The notes beneath the pieces were generated by a model. It was given only the letters and a program-made list of their open reading frames with translations. It searched no databases and had not been told where the DNA came from. DNA of 64,000 nucleotides from Spirochaetia bacterium (GTDB lineage Bacteria; Spirochaetota; Spirochaetia; DSM-2461), in assembly GCA_963666985.2 (NCBI GenBank), contig CAXXIA010000002.1, positions 2,560,001 to 2,624,000 of the forward strand, written 5' to 3'. Positions within the stretch are counted from its first letter, which is position 1. Each line of letters begins with the position of its first letter. Shown in pieces: positions 7,383 through 16,553 of the stretch. Both the position numbers and the translations under genes were made by a program.

Positions 7383-9062
7383 ATGGAAGAGCTTGCCGGT
7401 ATCAAATCGAAATATAGAGAAACAGCATATAACCGGGCAGTTCTGGTGAACAGTTTTTTAGAGTTTGATCCCGCCCGGACGGTTAAAGGTTCGAAGGAAT
7501 TCATTAATCATTTTCTGCCTCTTCATCCGGATCTGGTCGAATTGCTTGAGAAGATTCCGTCTCCCAGTACGTTCTATAGATGGGTTCGCTCTTATCTTAA
7601 TTCCGGCCGGAATATCGCTACCCTGGCTCCAAGATACCAAGACGGTGATGGGGCCGGATCAAAAGCCTTAACGGAAAAAGAACAGAGCGTTCTTTTGATG
7701 TTCTGGATGACTCCGGCGGCGTGGTCGGTGAAGAAGTGTATAGACGAGGCTGAAAAAGCGCTGGGGCATAAAATCAGCTACGCCACCGCATTGCGTTATC
7801 TGGACAGCCAACCAAAGGCTTACAGGTACGCTTTCCGAAGCGGACGGAAAAAAGTAAATGACAAGGTAATGCCGTACATCGAACGAAACCCGGCATTTCT
7901 TGCATCCATGGAACAGGTAACCAGTGACCATCATATGCTGGACTTCTTTGTACAAAAAGACGGTAAGGTATTCCGTCCCTGGATAACGGCTTTCACTGAT
8001 TTACGGAGCCGGAAAGTTCTAAGCTGGGTGATGTGTGAGAACCCGAATAAACTAACGGTTCTTCATACGCTCCAGATAATGACACATGAATTCGGAATCC
8101 CCGAAAAGCTGATTTTCGATAACGGTAAAGATTACAGGTCGGAACTGCTTCGGGGCGGATTCAAAGAGGTGAAGGGCTTTGATTATGAGCTGATCGATAA
8201 GCCCAAAAAGATAGAACTGCAAGGCGTCTTTGGAAGTCTGGGGTGTAAGGTCATTTACGCTGAGCCCTATCATGGCCAATCCAAACCGATTGAGCGTTGG
8301 TTCCGCACACTGGCCGAACGGTTCAGTAAAGAGCAGGCTACCTACTGCGGAAGCAATACCGCTACCCGCCCGGATGAAGCCAAGCTGTACCACCAAACCA
8401 TCGGCCAGATGAAAAAGAAGGATGTGGTTCTCTCTTTCGATGAGGCCTATGCCCGCCTGAATTGCTATATCGACGAATACAACAGCACGTGGGAGCACAC
8501 GGGTAAAGGGATGGACGGGAACACACCGGACTTTATCTTCAAAGCCAATTTGAAAGGCAAGAGGATTCTTCATGATTCGGCACGGCGGAGGATTTTCACC
8601 GAAGCGGAAATCAGAACGGTAAGCCGTGAGGGTGTGCAGATTGAAAGCACCTATTTCTACAACACCGACATGATGGAACTGATCGGCCAGAAAGTCATTG
8701 TTCGCAAGCCGTTGTATTCGGATGCCTTTGTGATTATCTGCGATTTGGATGACCGGGAGTTGATGAGCGCCGTCAGGGATTTGCACGGCGACACCGGCGA
8801 TGTTACGGAAAATAATAATCGCAAGAAGTCCGCCCATAAAGAAATCCGTTCAAAGATAAAACATTTTGAAGACAAAATCCGTCAAGCCAAAGGACTGCCG
8901 GAGATTGAAGAGTACGAAATCCAGAAAGCGGCCAAGCATCAGGAGTATCTGGAAGAGTACAAAAAGGCGGTTGGAGCCGAGAACGAATCGAATCCTTCCC
9001 TCCTGGGGGGAACTTCCCGGCCCTACCGAAAACCAAAACCCCATTTACACCTTTTAGGGTGA
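7383..9062 (+). CDS. Mu-type DDE transposase (MuA-like)
   Basis: Catalytic motifs TSDHH, FDNGKDY, KPIERWF; HTH PSPSTFYRW; Mu C-terminal domain. Confidence 0.93.
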   Translation: MEELAGIKSKYRETAYNRAVLVNSFLEFDPARTVKGSKEFINHFLPLHPDLVELLEKIPSPSTFYRWVRSYLNSGRNIATLAPRYQDGDGAGSKALTEKEQSVLLMFWMTPAAWSVKKCIDEAEKALGHKISYATALRYLDSQPKAYRYAFRSGRKKVNDKVMPYIERNPAFLASMEQVTSDHHMLDFFVQKDGKVFRPWITAFTDLRSRKVLSWVMCENPNKLTVLHTLQIMTHEFGIPEKLIFDNGKDYRSELLRGGFKEVKGFDYELIDKPKKIELQGVFGSLGCKVIYAEPYHGQSKPIERWFRTLAERFSKEQATYCGSNTATRPDEAKLYHQTIGQMKKKDVVLSFDEAYARLNCYIDEYNSTWEHTGKGMDGNTPDFIFKANLKGKRILHDSARRRIFTEAEIRTVSREGVQIESTYFYNTDMMELIGQKVIVRKPLYSDAFVIICDLDDRELMSAVRDLHGDTGDVTENNNRKKSAHKEIRSKIKHFEDKIRQAKGLPEIEEYEIQKAAKHQEYLEEYKKAVGAENESNPSLLGGTSRPYRKPKPHLHLLG

Positions 9063-9072
9063 GGAGAAAATC

Positions 9073-9999
9073 ATGAACGAAATCGGACGTAAGTTTTTTG
9101 AATATATCGAAGAGAAGGAAATCAGCCAGAGTCAGGCTTCCAAGATGATGAATCTCTCGGCTGGCGTTCTCTCGGCTTATAAATCGGACGAATACAAAGG
9201 CAGTATCAAGAACGTTGAGGAGAGGATGGATAAGTTCCTGCGGTCGGAAGAAAGCCGCCGCCGAGCTTTGAAGATTGAGATCCTTCCCATCGGTCCTTAC
9301 CGTCAGATTCAGGATGCCTGCGACATCGCTTTGGAAGAAGGAGATATCGCGGTGATAACAGGCTCGGCAGGAGTGGGGAAGACAACAGCATTGGAAGCCT
9401 ATGTGAAGGAATCCTACGGCTCGGCCGTCATGATCAAAGTGGATAAAACCTTCACCCAGTACAAGCTAATCCGGGAGCTGGCTCAAAGTTTGGGAGTTTT
9501 AAGTAAAGGTTCGGCCGGGAGCGTCACCGAAAGAATCATAGAGAGCCTTAAGAATCATAACCGCGTGGTGATTATCGACGAGGCCGACTATCTTTCTCCA
9601 AACTCCCTGGAATACCTGCGACAGGCGGTGAACGACAAAGGGGAAAGCGGCTTGGTACTCTGTGGTATCCAGCGGCTGGCCCATCAGATCAAGCGGGATT
9701 CGAATGACCATGACCAGCTCTTATCTCGCGTCGGTGTTCATTTGGCCATCGATTCCATCAGCGATCAGGATCTGATACTGGTCATCAAAAGTGTCTATCC
9801 CAAAATGAATCAGAAGCTCATTCGGAAGCTTTTGATTAACAGCAAGATGAGGTTCTACGGTCAGGATGAACCCTCGCTTCGAACCTTGACGAAACTTCTC
9901 AAACGGCTCCATCGGTTCCTCTGGAAATACGATATGGAAGAGCCGGACGAAGAAGCCATCGACAGCGTCGCTTCACTCGTTATGCGGAGGGCTATGTAA
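9073..9999 (+). CDS. MuB-like AAA+ transposition ATPase
   Basis: N-terminal HTH, Walker A GSAGVGKT, Walker B IIDEAD. Confidence 0.92.
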   Translation: MNEIGRKFFEYIEEKEISQSQASKMMNLSAGVLSAYKSDEYKGSIKNVEERMDKFLRSEESRRRALKIEILPIGPYRQIQDACDIALEEGDIAVITGSAGVGKTTALEAYVKESYGSAVMIKVDKTFTQYKLIRELAQSLGVLSKGSAGSVTERIIESLKNHNRVVIIDEADYLSPNSLEYLRQAVNDKGESGLVLCGIQRLAHQIKRDSNDHDQLLSRVGVHLAIDSISDQDLILVIKSVYPKMNQKLIRKLLINSKMRFYGQDEPSLRTLTKLLKRLHRFLWKYDMEEPDEEAIDSVASLVMRRAM

Positions 10000-10127
10000 T
10001 GGAAACCATAATAACAATTCTCGGCATTTTGAGTTTGTTGATCTTTGCTGTCGGATCAGTTGTGGAAACCTTCCACAAACGAGATCGGCGGGGATGCGGT
10101 TTCCCCAAATCAAGGAGTAGGAAATGA
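9999..10127 (+). CDS. Small membrane protein (42 aa, absent from ORF track)
   Basis: METIITILGILSLLIFAVGSVVETFHKRDRRGCGFPKSRSRK*; TAATG and ATGA overlaps with both neighbours. Confidence 0.65.
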   Translation: METIITILGILSLLIFAVGSVVETFHKRDRRGCGFPKSRSRK

Positions 10128-10720
10128 ACGAAGAATATATGGAAAACAGGGCCGGGGAAAGAATTCCCAAAGCCGCCGTGAAAACCAAGGATATCCTTCG
10201 GGATGAGTGGGTAAAGGAGAGAATCCAAAGGGCTAAGGAGATTCGGGATTTGATCTTTGACTTCCGTATCGAAACCCTTCGGGGGATGGAAGATTTGGAA
10301 GATTTACTGGCCGCTGAATACGGAGTGGAACTGCGTTCCAATACTAAGGGCAACCGTTCCATAACCTCCTTTAACGGCAGGCTGAAAGTGGAGAGGGATT
10401 CGCGTGAAATTACAGCCTTTGATGAACAAATCCATATCGCCAAAGAGCTGATTGACGAATGCCTGGAAGATTGGACCAAGGACGGCCGGATGGAAATTAA
10501 AGCTATCGTTCAAAAGGCCTTTAAACTCGACAAAAGAGGCCGCATGAATATCCGGGAAATCAAGAGCCTGCGGCAGTTTGAGTTTGATGATAATCGGTGG
10601 AAAAAAGCCATGGAGATTATCGCCGATTCGGAAGTCTTCCTCCAAAGTAAAATTTCGGTTTCCTTTCATCAGAAGCGGGCGATTGACGGGAAGTGGACTC
10701 GGTTGGAATTAAAAATGTGA
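10124..10720 (+). CDS. DUF3164-family Mu-like phage protein
   Basis: KGNRSITSFNG, FDEQIHIAKELIDECL, WKKAMEII motifs. Confidence 0.8.
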   Translation: MNEEYMENRAGERIPKAAVKTKDILRDEWVKERIQRAKEIRDLIFDFRIETLRGMEDLEDLLAAEYGVELRSNTKGNRSITSFNGRLKVERDSREITAFDEQIHIAKELIDECLEDWTKDGRMEIKAIVQKAFKLDKRGRMNIREIKSLRQFEFDDNRWKKAMEIIADSEVFLQSKISVSFHQKRAIDGKWTRLELKM

Positions 10721-10742
10721 AGCTGTTTCGGCGGGTAAGGAT

Positions 10743-11195
10743 TTGATGGATAAAAACAAGTGGATTCAAATTATCCACGTTGCTAAAAGAGACTTGAGAT
10801 TACAGGATGATGAATACCGGCTGATTCTGCAAAGCGCCGCCGGTATTACATCCGCATCCGAACTCTCTTCATCTTTTCAATTCAACCAAATCATGACCGC
10901 CTTTAAGAAGCTGGGCTTTCATTCGAACCGTCCCCGGCAAACGACAAGAAGAAAACACGAAAACCGCTGGGGCTGTTCCGAGGCCCAGCGGTCCTACATT
11001 GAAGGACTCTGGAAACTCATGAGCCGCCGAAAGGATCTGGAAAGTCTGGAGGCAATGGTGAAGAGAATTGCCCATGTCGATCATCCCAGGTTTTTAAATA
11101 CGAAAAGCGCTACCCCGGTGATTCTGGCCATGCGTCAGATGTGCCAGGACCAAGGGATCAATCCCGATAGGAAAGATTACGATGACCAGAGATGA
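10743..11195 (+). CDS. GemA/DUF1018-family regulatory protein
   Basis: IQIIHVAKRDLRLQDDEYRLIL...FKKLGF and AQRSYIEGLW. Confidence 0.85.
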   Translation: MMDKNKWIQIIHVAKRDLRLQDDEYRLILQSAAGITSASELSSSFQFNQIMTAFKKLGFHSNRPRQTTRRKHENRWGCSEAQRSYIEGLWKLMSRRKDLESLEAMVKRIAHVDHPRFLNTKSATPVILAMRQMCQDQGINPDRKDYDDQR

Positions 11196-11472
11196 AAACA
11201 GCTATGAGATATTCGAACAAATCGCATCCATTGTCGGAGAGGATGATGCGTTTTCAATTTGCGAAATGTTTGCCGGTGAACAAATCCTTTTTCCCAAAGC
11301 CATTTTACGAATGAAACGAAATTATGAAATCCGAAAAGAATTCAAGAAGGGTTCATCCTATAGGGCTTTATCTCTTAAATACGATTTGACCACACGTCAG
11401 GTTCGAACGATTTGCCATCCTGAAAAAGGATACAGTGAAATTCAGATGGATCTTTTTGAAGCGTTGTCATAA
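11182..11472 (+). CDS. Mor/C-family transcription activator
   Basis: FAGEQILFPK, RNYEI, LSLKYDLTTRQVRTI. Confidence 0.88.
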   Translation: MTRDENSYEIFEQIASIVGEDDAFSICEMFAGEQILFPKAILRMKRNYEIRKEFKKGSSYRALSLKYDLTTRQVRTICHPEKGYSEIQMDLFEALS

Positions 11473-11477
11473 AGCGC

Positions 11478-11523
11478 TTTTGAAATAATTCAATTCATTA
11501 ATTCAACAGAGATTATTTAAGCT
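11478..11523 (+). promoter_or_regulatory. Putative activator-dependent late promoter of the packaging operon
   Basis: TTGAAATAATTCAA (11480-11493), 24 nt, then TAAGCT (11518-11523). Confidence 0.65.
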
Positions 11524-11529
11524 TCGCCT

Positions 11530-11991
11530 GTGAGAAACTGCGAACAGGCACGCGACTTATATATCAAAGGCTCCTCGATAAGCGGTATTGCTTCAGAGCT
11601 GGACGTCTCATTGCAAACGGTTTACAGCTGGCGCAAAAGTGATGAAGGTACCGAGAAAGATTGGGATAAAGCCAAGCGCGTCTATCTCATGTCGCCTGTT
11701 GAGCTGTCGGGTATTTTCATGGATTCGGTCAAGAAGATGATTCTGGAGATTTCTGAAGATCCCATGAAATTGGCCGATCCTAAGTATGCCGATGCCATTA
11801 CAAAATGCATCGCCGCCATGAAGAAGATCGATCCCATGTACAATTATATGGGAGCCTCTCTTGATTTGATGAGGGTAATCGATCAGTACCTGAAGAAGAC
11901 CGATACCGAACTGGCCAAGAGAATGCAGAGCCACTGGCCCGGCATCAAAGAAGAGATGGAACGGTTCGCCACACGGGACGGCCTATTCTAA
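11530..11991 (+). CDS. DUF1804-like HTH protein, putative terminase small subunit
   Basis: ARDLYIKG..IASELDVSLQTVYSWRK...WD; directly upstream of the large terminase. Confidence 0.75.
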   Translation: MRNCEQARDLYIKGSSISGIASELDVSLQTVYSWRKSDEGTEKDWDKAKRVYLMSPVELSGIFMDSVKKMILEISEDPMKLADPKYADAITKCIAAMKKIDPMYNYMGASLDLMRVIDQYLKKTDTELAKRMQSHWPGIKEEMERFATRDGLF

Positions 11992-13544
11992 TGAACGATC
12001 GCCTGAGCCGGGTTAAGAGTGCCAGGGATTTTCAAAAACAATGGGACGCTCTGGCCGCTGAGATCTTTTCCCGAACCCCCTTTGAAGACGGGAGTTCAAA
12101 GGAAGATAGAAAAGAGGCGGCATCGAAAGATCCGTGGTCCATGGCCCTGGTTTATTTCCCCGAATATGTCAGGAACGAAGGAGCCCCTTTTCACAAGAGA
12201 TGGCCGAAGATTGCAGGCATAGAGAATGCACCAGTTCTGATTGAAGCTTTTCGTGGTGCGGGGAAATCAACGTTCTTCACTTTTCTTGATAGCGTTTACA
12301 ACATCCTTTTTGGAGACTATAAATTCATGCTCTTTGCCTCATACACAGAGGATAAAAGCAAGGTCTTCACCGGAAGGATTCTTCTGGAACTCAAATACAA
12401 CAAGAGGATTACAGAGGACTTCGGTCGGATTATTAATCCGCTTTTGGACTTCTCCGCCGTGGGTAATTTCGCCGCCAAGGTTGACGGCCGCCGGATCATG
12501 GTCATGGCCTGTTCCATAGGGCAAGATCCCAGGGGCCTGGTTTCCGGAGCTTACCGACCGGATTATGTCCGCCTCGATGATATCCAAAATCGTAAACGAG
12601 CCAGGAATCCGGAATGGGTCAAGCAGACTGTCGAGTGGATCACCGCCGACCTTGTACCTGCTCTGGCGGAAACCTATAACATGAAAATCGCCGCAACTTC
12701 TGTCAGGCCTCGGGATGTCGTTCACTTCTTAAAAGAAGGGGCGGAGACAAGGGAGCCGGTGAAATCCTACAGCTTCCCGGCTTTGGATAAATACGGGAAA
12801 TCCACATGGTCAGCTTATTTTCCACTGAAGAGATTGGAACAAATAAAGAAAACAATCGGAGCCTTGGTCTTCCGGCAGGAATATCTTCTTATTCCATATG
12901 CAGAAGAAGACGGCAAGGTTCAAGAGTCCTGGTTGTTGGACTACGATCCGGCAGAAGTCAGGGAAAAAGAATATTTGGTGAAGGTCTCAGCCCTTGATCC
13001 GGGCGGTGGCAAAGCTACAAAGAAACACGACTTTAAGGCTCATATCTGTATCGGCCTGAATCCCGGCCCCGAGATTGATATTCTGGAAGCCCGAATCAGA
13101 AGGGAGACTCCCCGGAGGATGATTGAGGGCTGCTATCTCATTCATGAAAAGTGGGAACCTTGGCAGACCTTCTGGGAAGAGAACGGACAGCAGAGTCTCT
13201 TGAAGGATACCTTCGATTTCATGGCCGAGAGGTTCGGCTATCCGCTCCGGCTGAAGGCCGTAACCAATACCCAGAATAAAGAGATGCGAATTGAGGGGAC
13301 ACTCTTCACGCTTTTGGAAAACCACTGCATTCGGTTCCATCCGACAAACGCCGATCAGAAGCTTTTAAAAGAACAGCTACTGGATCTTTTTGATGGAGCC
13401 AACGACGACGGTCCGGATGCTCTGGAAATGGCCGTAAGAAAAGGATTGCAGAAACTGAAAAGCATCATGAAGGGTTCTCATTCAGATGTGGTTTCAATTA
13501 AACGGCGGATTGTTCCCAAAGGACTGGAGGGGTATTACACGTGA
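11991..13544 (+). CDS. Terminase large subunit
   Basis: AFRGAGKST, RPDYVRLDD, ALDPGG, DDGPDALEMA. Confidence 0.92.
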   Translation: MNDRLSRVKSARDFQKQWDALAAEIFSRTPFEDGSSKEDRKEAASKDPWSMALVYFPEYVRNEGAPFHKRWPKIAGIENAPVLIEAFRGAGKSTFFTFLDSVYNILFGDYKFMLFASYTEDKSKVFTGRILLELKYNKRITEDFGRIINPLLDFSAVGNFAAKVDGRRIMVMACSIGQDPRGLVSGAYRPDYVRLDDIQNRKRARNPEWVKQTVEWITADLVPALAETYNMKIAATSVRPRDVVHFLKEGAETREPVKSYSFPALDKYGKSTWSAYFPLKRLEQIKKTIGALVFRQEYLLIPYAEEDGKVQESWLLDYDPAEVREKEYLVKVSALDPGGGKATKKHDFKAHICIGLNPGPEIDILEARIRRETPRRMIEGCYLIHEKWEPWQTFWEENGQQSLLKDTFDFMAERFGYPLRLKAVTNTQNKEMRIEGTLFTLLENHCIRFHPTNADQKLLKEQLLDLFDGANDDGPDALEMAVRKGLQKLKSIMKGSHSDVVSIKRRIVPKGLEGYYT

Positions 13545-15022
13545 AATTCGCACCGGAAGATAAAATAAAGAAACAGGCTCTGCAATATGCAACACTCGAT
13601 AAAGCTCTGGGTGGCGTCTATCTAATTCTTGATGTCCTGCCTGATCCTGATAAAGTGCTGCGAAAAGCCGGTAAAGGAGTCGAAGCCCTACGGGATCTTC
13701 TGGTGGACGACCAGATGGAAGCCTGCTGGAATGTTCGCAAAGCGGCCTTGAAAAAAACCGGTTGGCACCTTGTCCCCGGTGGAGAGTCGGCCGGGGAGAA
13801 ACAAGCCTGTGCCGAACTCTTAGCGCTCTTTTCCGAAGCCTATGATATGGACCGAATCCAGGGGGAAATGATCGAGGCGGCCGCTCTGGGATTCTCTCCC
13901 CTGGAAATCCTCTGGCTCTCAAAGGGCGGGAAGTGGATACCTTCCGACTTGGTTGGAAAGCCGACCGAATGGTTTTGCTTTGGCGAGAAAAAAGAGCTGC
14001 GGTTCCGAACTTCTTATATCGTCACAGAAGAGGCCCCGGTGAATCGCTTCCTGATTGTCAGCAATGGGGCCAGCTATGCAAATCCCTATGGCTCAAAGCA
14101 GTTTTCCAAATGCTACTGGCCGGTTCAATTCAAGCGGAACGGCTGGAGGTGGTGGGCACTCTTTGTCGAAAAGTTTGGCGGTTCTTTTTTGACGGGTGCC
14201 TACGATGAGAACGCAACCCCAGAGGATAAAAAAGCTCTTCTCGACGGCCTCTACAATTTGATTTCAGGAGGGGCCGCCATCTTCCCGGAAAAGACCAAGG
14301 TGAATACCATCTCGGATTCCGGCAAATCAATGGGCGGAACCCTGCATCAGAAGTTCGAGGAGTTCTCCAACGCCGCCATCTCCAAAGTGCTTCTGGGTCA
14401 GACTCTAACGACCGAAGTTCTCACCGGTTCTATGGCGGCCGCCAATGTTCACAATCTGGTGCGGGAGGATATTCGGCTTTCAGATCTGAAGATGTGCTCG
14501 TCGGCCTGGAACCGGCTCTGCAAAATGTACACCCTTTTTAATTATGGTGATGGGGTAAAAGCTCCCCGCTTCAGTTATGAAGGGGAAGAGGATCTGCAAA
14601 CCGCCAGAGCCTCTCGTGATATCAACCTGAAAAGCCTGGGCGTACAATTCAATGAAACCTACTTCAAAGAAGTCTATGGACTCTCTGAAGATCACTTTTC
14701 TGTAAGCACCGACTCAGAGCCTCAGCAGGGCGACTTCTCCGTCGAACCCTCCGGCCTGGTAACGTTCAGTCAGGACAAAGCCAGTGACGACATGATGAAC
14801 GACTTCATGGCCGACAAAGAAAGGGACGGCCAGGAGATCATGGACAAGATGATCGAGCTGTTCCAGAAAGAAGTCGAATCCGCTGATAGCTGGGAAGCTG
14901 CACAGCAGAACCTCATGAAGAAAATCAAATCCAAAGAGATGTACTCCCAAAGAAAGAAGCTGGCCGGGGTGTTGAATAATGTCCGATACGTCGGAGTCAA
15001 CACCGGGGCTTCCGATGCCTGA
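13541..15022 (+). CDS. Portal protein (Mu gp29/DUF935 family)
   Basis: GFSPLEILW, FVEKFG, ISKVLLGQTLTT, AANVHNLVREDI. Confidence 0.9.
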   Translation: MKFAPEDKIKKQALQYATLDKALGGVYLILDVLPDPDKVLRKAGKGVEALRDLLVDDQMEACWNVRKAALKKTGWHLVPGGESAGEKQACAELLALFSEAYDMDRIQGEMIEAAALGFSPLEILWLSKGGKWIPSDLVGKPTEWFCFGEKKELRFRTSYIVTEEAPVNRFLIVSNGASYANPYGSKQFSKCYWPVQFKRNGWRWWALFVEKFGGSFLTGAYDENATPEDKKALLDGLYNLISGGAAIFPEKTKVNTISDSGKSMGGTLHQKFEEFSNAAISKVLLGQTLTTEVLTGSMAAANVHNLVREDIRLSDLKMCSSAWNRLCKMYTLFNYGDGVKAPRFSYEGEEDLQTARASRDINLKSLGVQFNETYFKEVYGLSEDHFSVSTDSEPQQGDFSVEPSGLVTFSQDKASDDMMNDFMADKERDGQEIMDKMIELFQKEVESADSWEAAQQNLMKKIKSKEMYSQRKKLAGVLNNVRYVGVNTGASDA

Positions 15023-16253
15023 GCAGGATATCCCGAAACCGAAAGACGCGATGGCCTTTCTGAAAAGAAAGAAGGTCATCATCAGGCCGGGGAATGAATG
15101 GTTTGATATCAATTCGGGTGAGCATGCTCAGACCTTCTCCGTGGCTCACTGTGCCAGTGTAGACATCGCCGAACAAATCTTCGGATTCATGAATGAGGCT
15201 CTGGCGAACGGGGAATCCTTTCAGGATTTCAAGAAGAAGATGATCCCCATGATGCAGGAGTCCGGCTGGTACGGGCGTCCTGATGTCACCGCCAAGGATA
15301 AGGGCTACATCAATTGGCGGCTGAAAATCATGTATCAAACCAACATGAGCACGGCTTACGCGGCCGGGCATTATCGTCAGCAAATGAGGGGTGCGGATGG
15401 GCGACCGTACCTTGTCTATAAGCAGGTGCAAAGAGACACGAAACGTGACGCCCATGAGAAGCTTCACGATACTGCCTATCCGGCAGATCATTCTTTCTGG
15501 GATGAATACTATCCGCCGAACGGTTACCGATGCGGATGCTACACCGTCTCCATTTCTGAATCCCAGTACCAAAACGGACCCTACACGAAAGGGGCGAGCG
15601 GTCCGGATCTTGCCGAATTCAGAAAGTCCGTTGATGAGAAATGGAGGTACAACCCAGGCCAGGAAGTCTATGCGCCATCGGTGAAGAAGTACGAGAACCT
15701 CCGTGGCATCAGAATGAGTGACGGCCGCTCGGCCTATCAGCATGTACGGGAATCCTATCGGGAAGAGATGTCCGGATTTTCATTGACTCAAAAAGAATAT
15801 GAGAAGTGGGTGGATAAAGTGCTCTCCGGTGAAACCTTTCAGGATGTTCCTCATAACATTGCTACCGTTCAGAAAAAGGTTACTCAGAAGATTGAGATTG
15901 ATCCGAAAATCATCGCCGACGGGAAGGCCATTCATCATGGAGCCAGAGGCCGGGACACGGTTTCCGATGCATCAGGGAAGGTTATTCAAAGGGGCCTCGA
16001 CCCGGAGAAAGACTTTACCATCGAAGAAATCAAGGACATTCCCAAAGGTCTGGCCGATCCGGATTATATCTTTACAGATATTACCAATCGGTTGAATAGA
16101 ATCTTTTGCTATTCAATAGGAAAAGGAATGTTGGCCAGAATCGTTTTAAGAAAAAGAACGGAAACCTCAAGCTTAAAATTGGTGACTTTCCAAAAGGTAA
16201 AGCCGGATGACGTTCTGAAGAATGGAAGATTGCAGAAGGTCTATGAGAAATAA
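15015..16253 (+). CDS. MuF (gp30-like) head protein with C-terminal putative BECR-fold nuclease domain
   Basis: TNMSTAYAAG, FWDEYYPPNGYRCGC, WRYNPG; C-terminal extension with AIHH, IPKGLADPDYIF, LVTFQK. Confidence 0.85.
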   Translation: MPEQDIPKPKDAMAFLKRKKVIIRPGNEWFDINSGEHAQTFSVAHCASVDIAEQIFGFMNEALANGESFQDFKKKMIPMMQESGWYGRPDVTAKDKGYINWRLKIMYQTNMSTAYAAGHYRQQMRGADGRPYLVYKQVQRDTKRDAHEKLHDTAYPADHSFWDEYYPPNGYRCGCYTVSISESQYQNGPYTKGASGPDLAEFRKSVDEKWRYNPGQEVYAPSVKKYENLRGIRMSDGRSAYQHVRESYREEMSGFSLTQKEYEKWVDKVLSGETFQDVPHNIATVQKKVTQKIEIDPKIIADGKAIHHGARGRDTVSDASGKVIQRGLDPEKDFTIEEIKDIPKGLADPDYIFTDITNRLNRIFCYSIGKGMLARIVLRKRTETSSLKLVTFQKVKPDDVLKNGRLQKVYEK

Positions 16254-16335
16254 GCCGGTCGGGCGGGACTACGATTCCCACTATATTGCCCTTGAAAGGG
16301 TAGCCTTGAGATTTTTGGCTTCATCTCAACCGGCT
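16253..16335 (+). ncRNA. Candidate structured RNA (closing stem plus three hairpins) after the MuF gene
   Basis: AGCCGGT/ACCGGCT, GGGA/TCCC, TTGCCCT-TGAA-AGGGTAG, TTGAGAT/ATCTCAA. Confidence 0.45.
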
Positions 16336-16553
16336 ATTGATGATTTTATCGTCATTTAAAGCGCTTTTCAACACTGTTTAATAGGCCATTTTATTCAAAT
16401 TTAGGGCCTAAAATTATGAGATTTTACGAGTTTTTCAGTATTTTTTCCAAACCTTAGATTATTCGCTATTGCTTTCCTATGATCCTATTATATAAGGATT
16501 TATGCAGTATTTCCGGGCAAGAATCCCTTTTTCATTTTCTATGACCCCCTACA

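Larger units (their letters stand above)
1..16553. mobile_element. Mu-like (transposable) prophage, right part; left end lies outside the window
   Basis: Repressor/ner/DDE transposase/MuB/GemA/Mor/terminase/portal/MuF gene set; ends in ...CCCCCTACA (5'-TGTAGGGG on the minus strand), immediately followed by an in-frame ROK gene fragment. Confidence 0.93.

Noticed and set aside
16253..16335. tRNA gene
   Set aside because: No GTTCRA T-loop and no canonical D or anticodon arm geometry
16357..16368. TAAAGCGCTTTT shared with 11470-11481
   Set aside because: Short palindrome with only two copies; cannot be distinguished from chance
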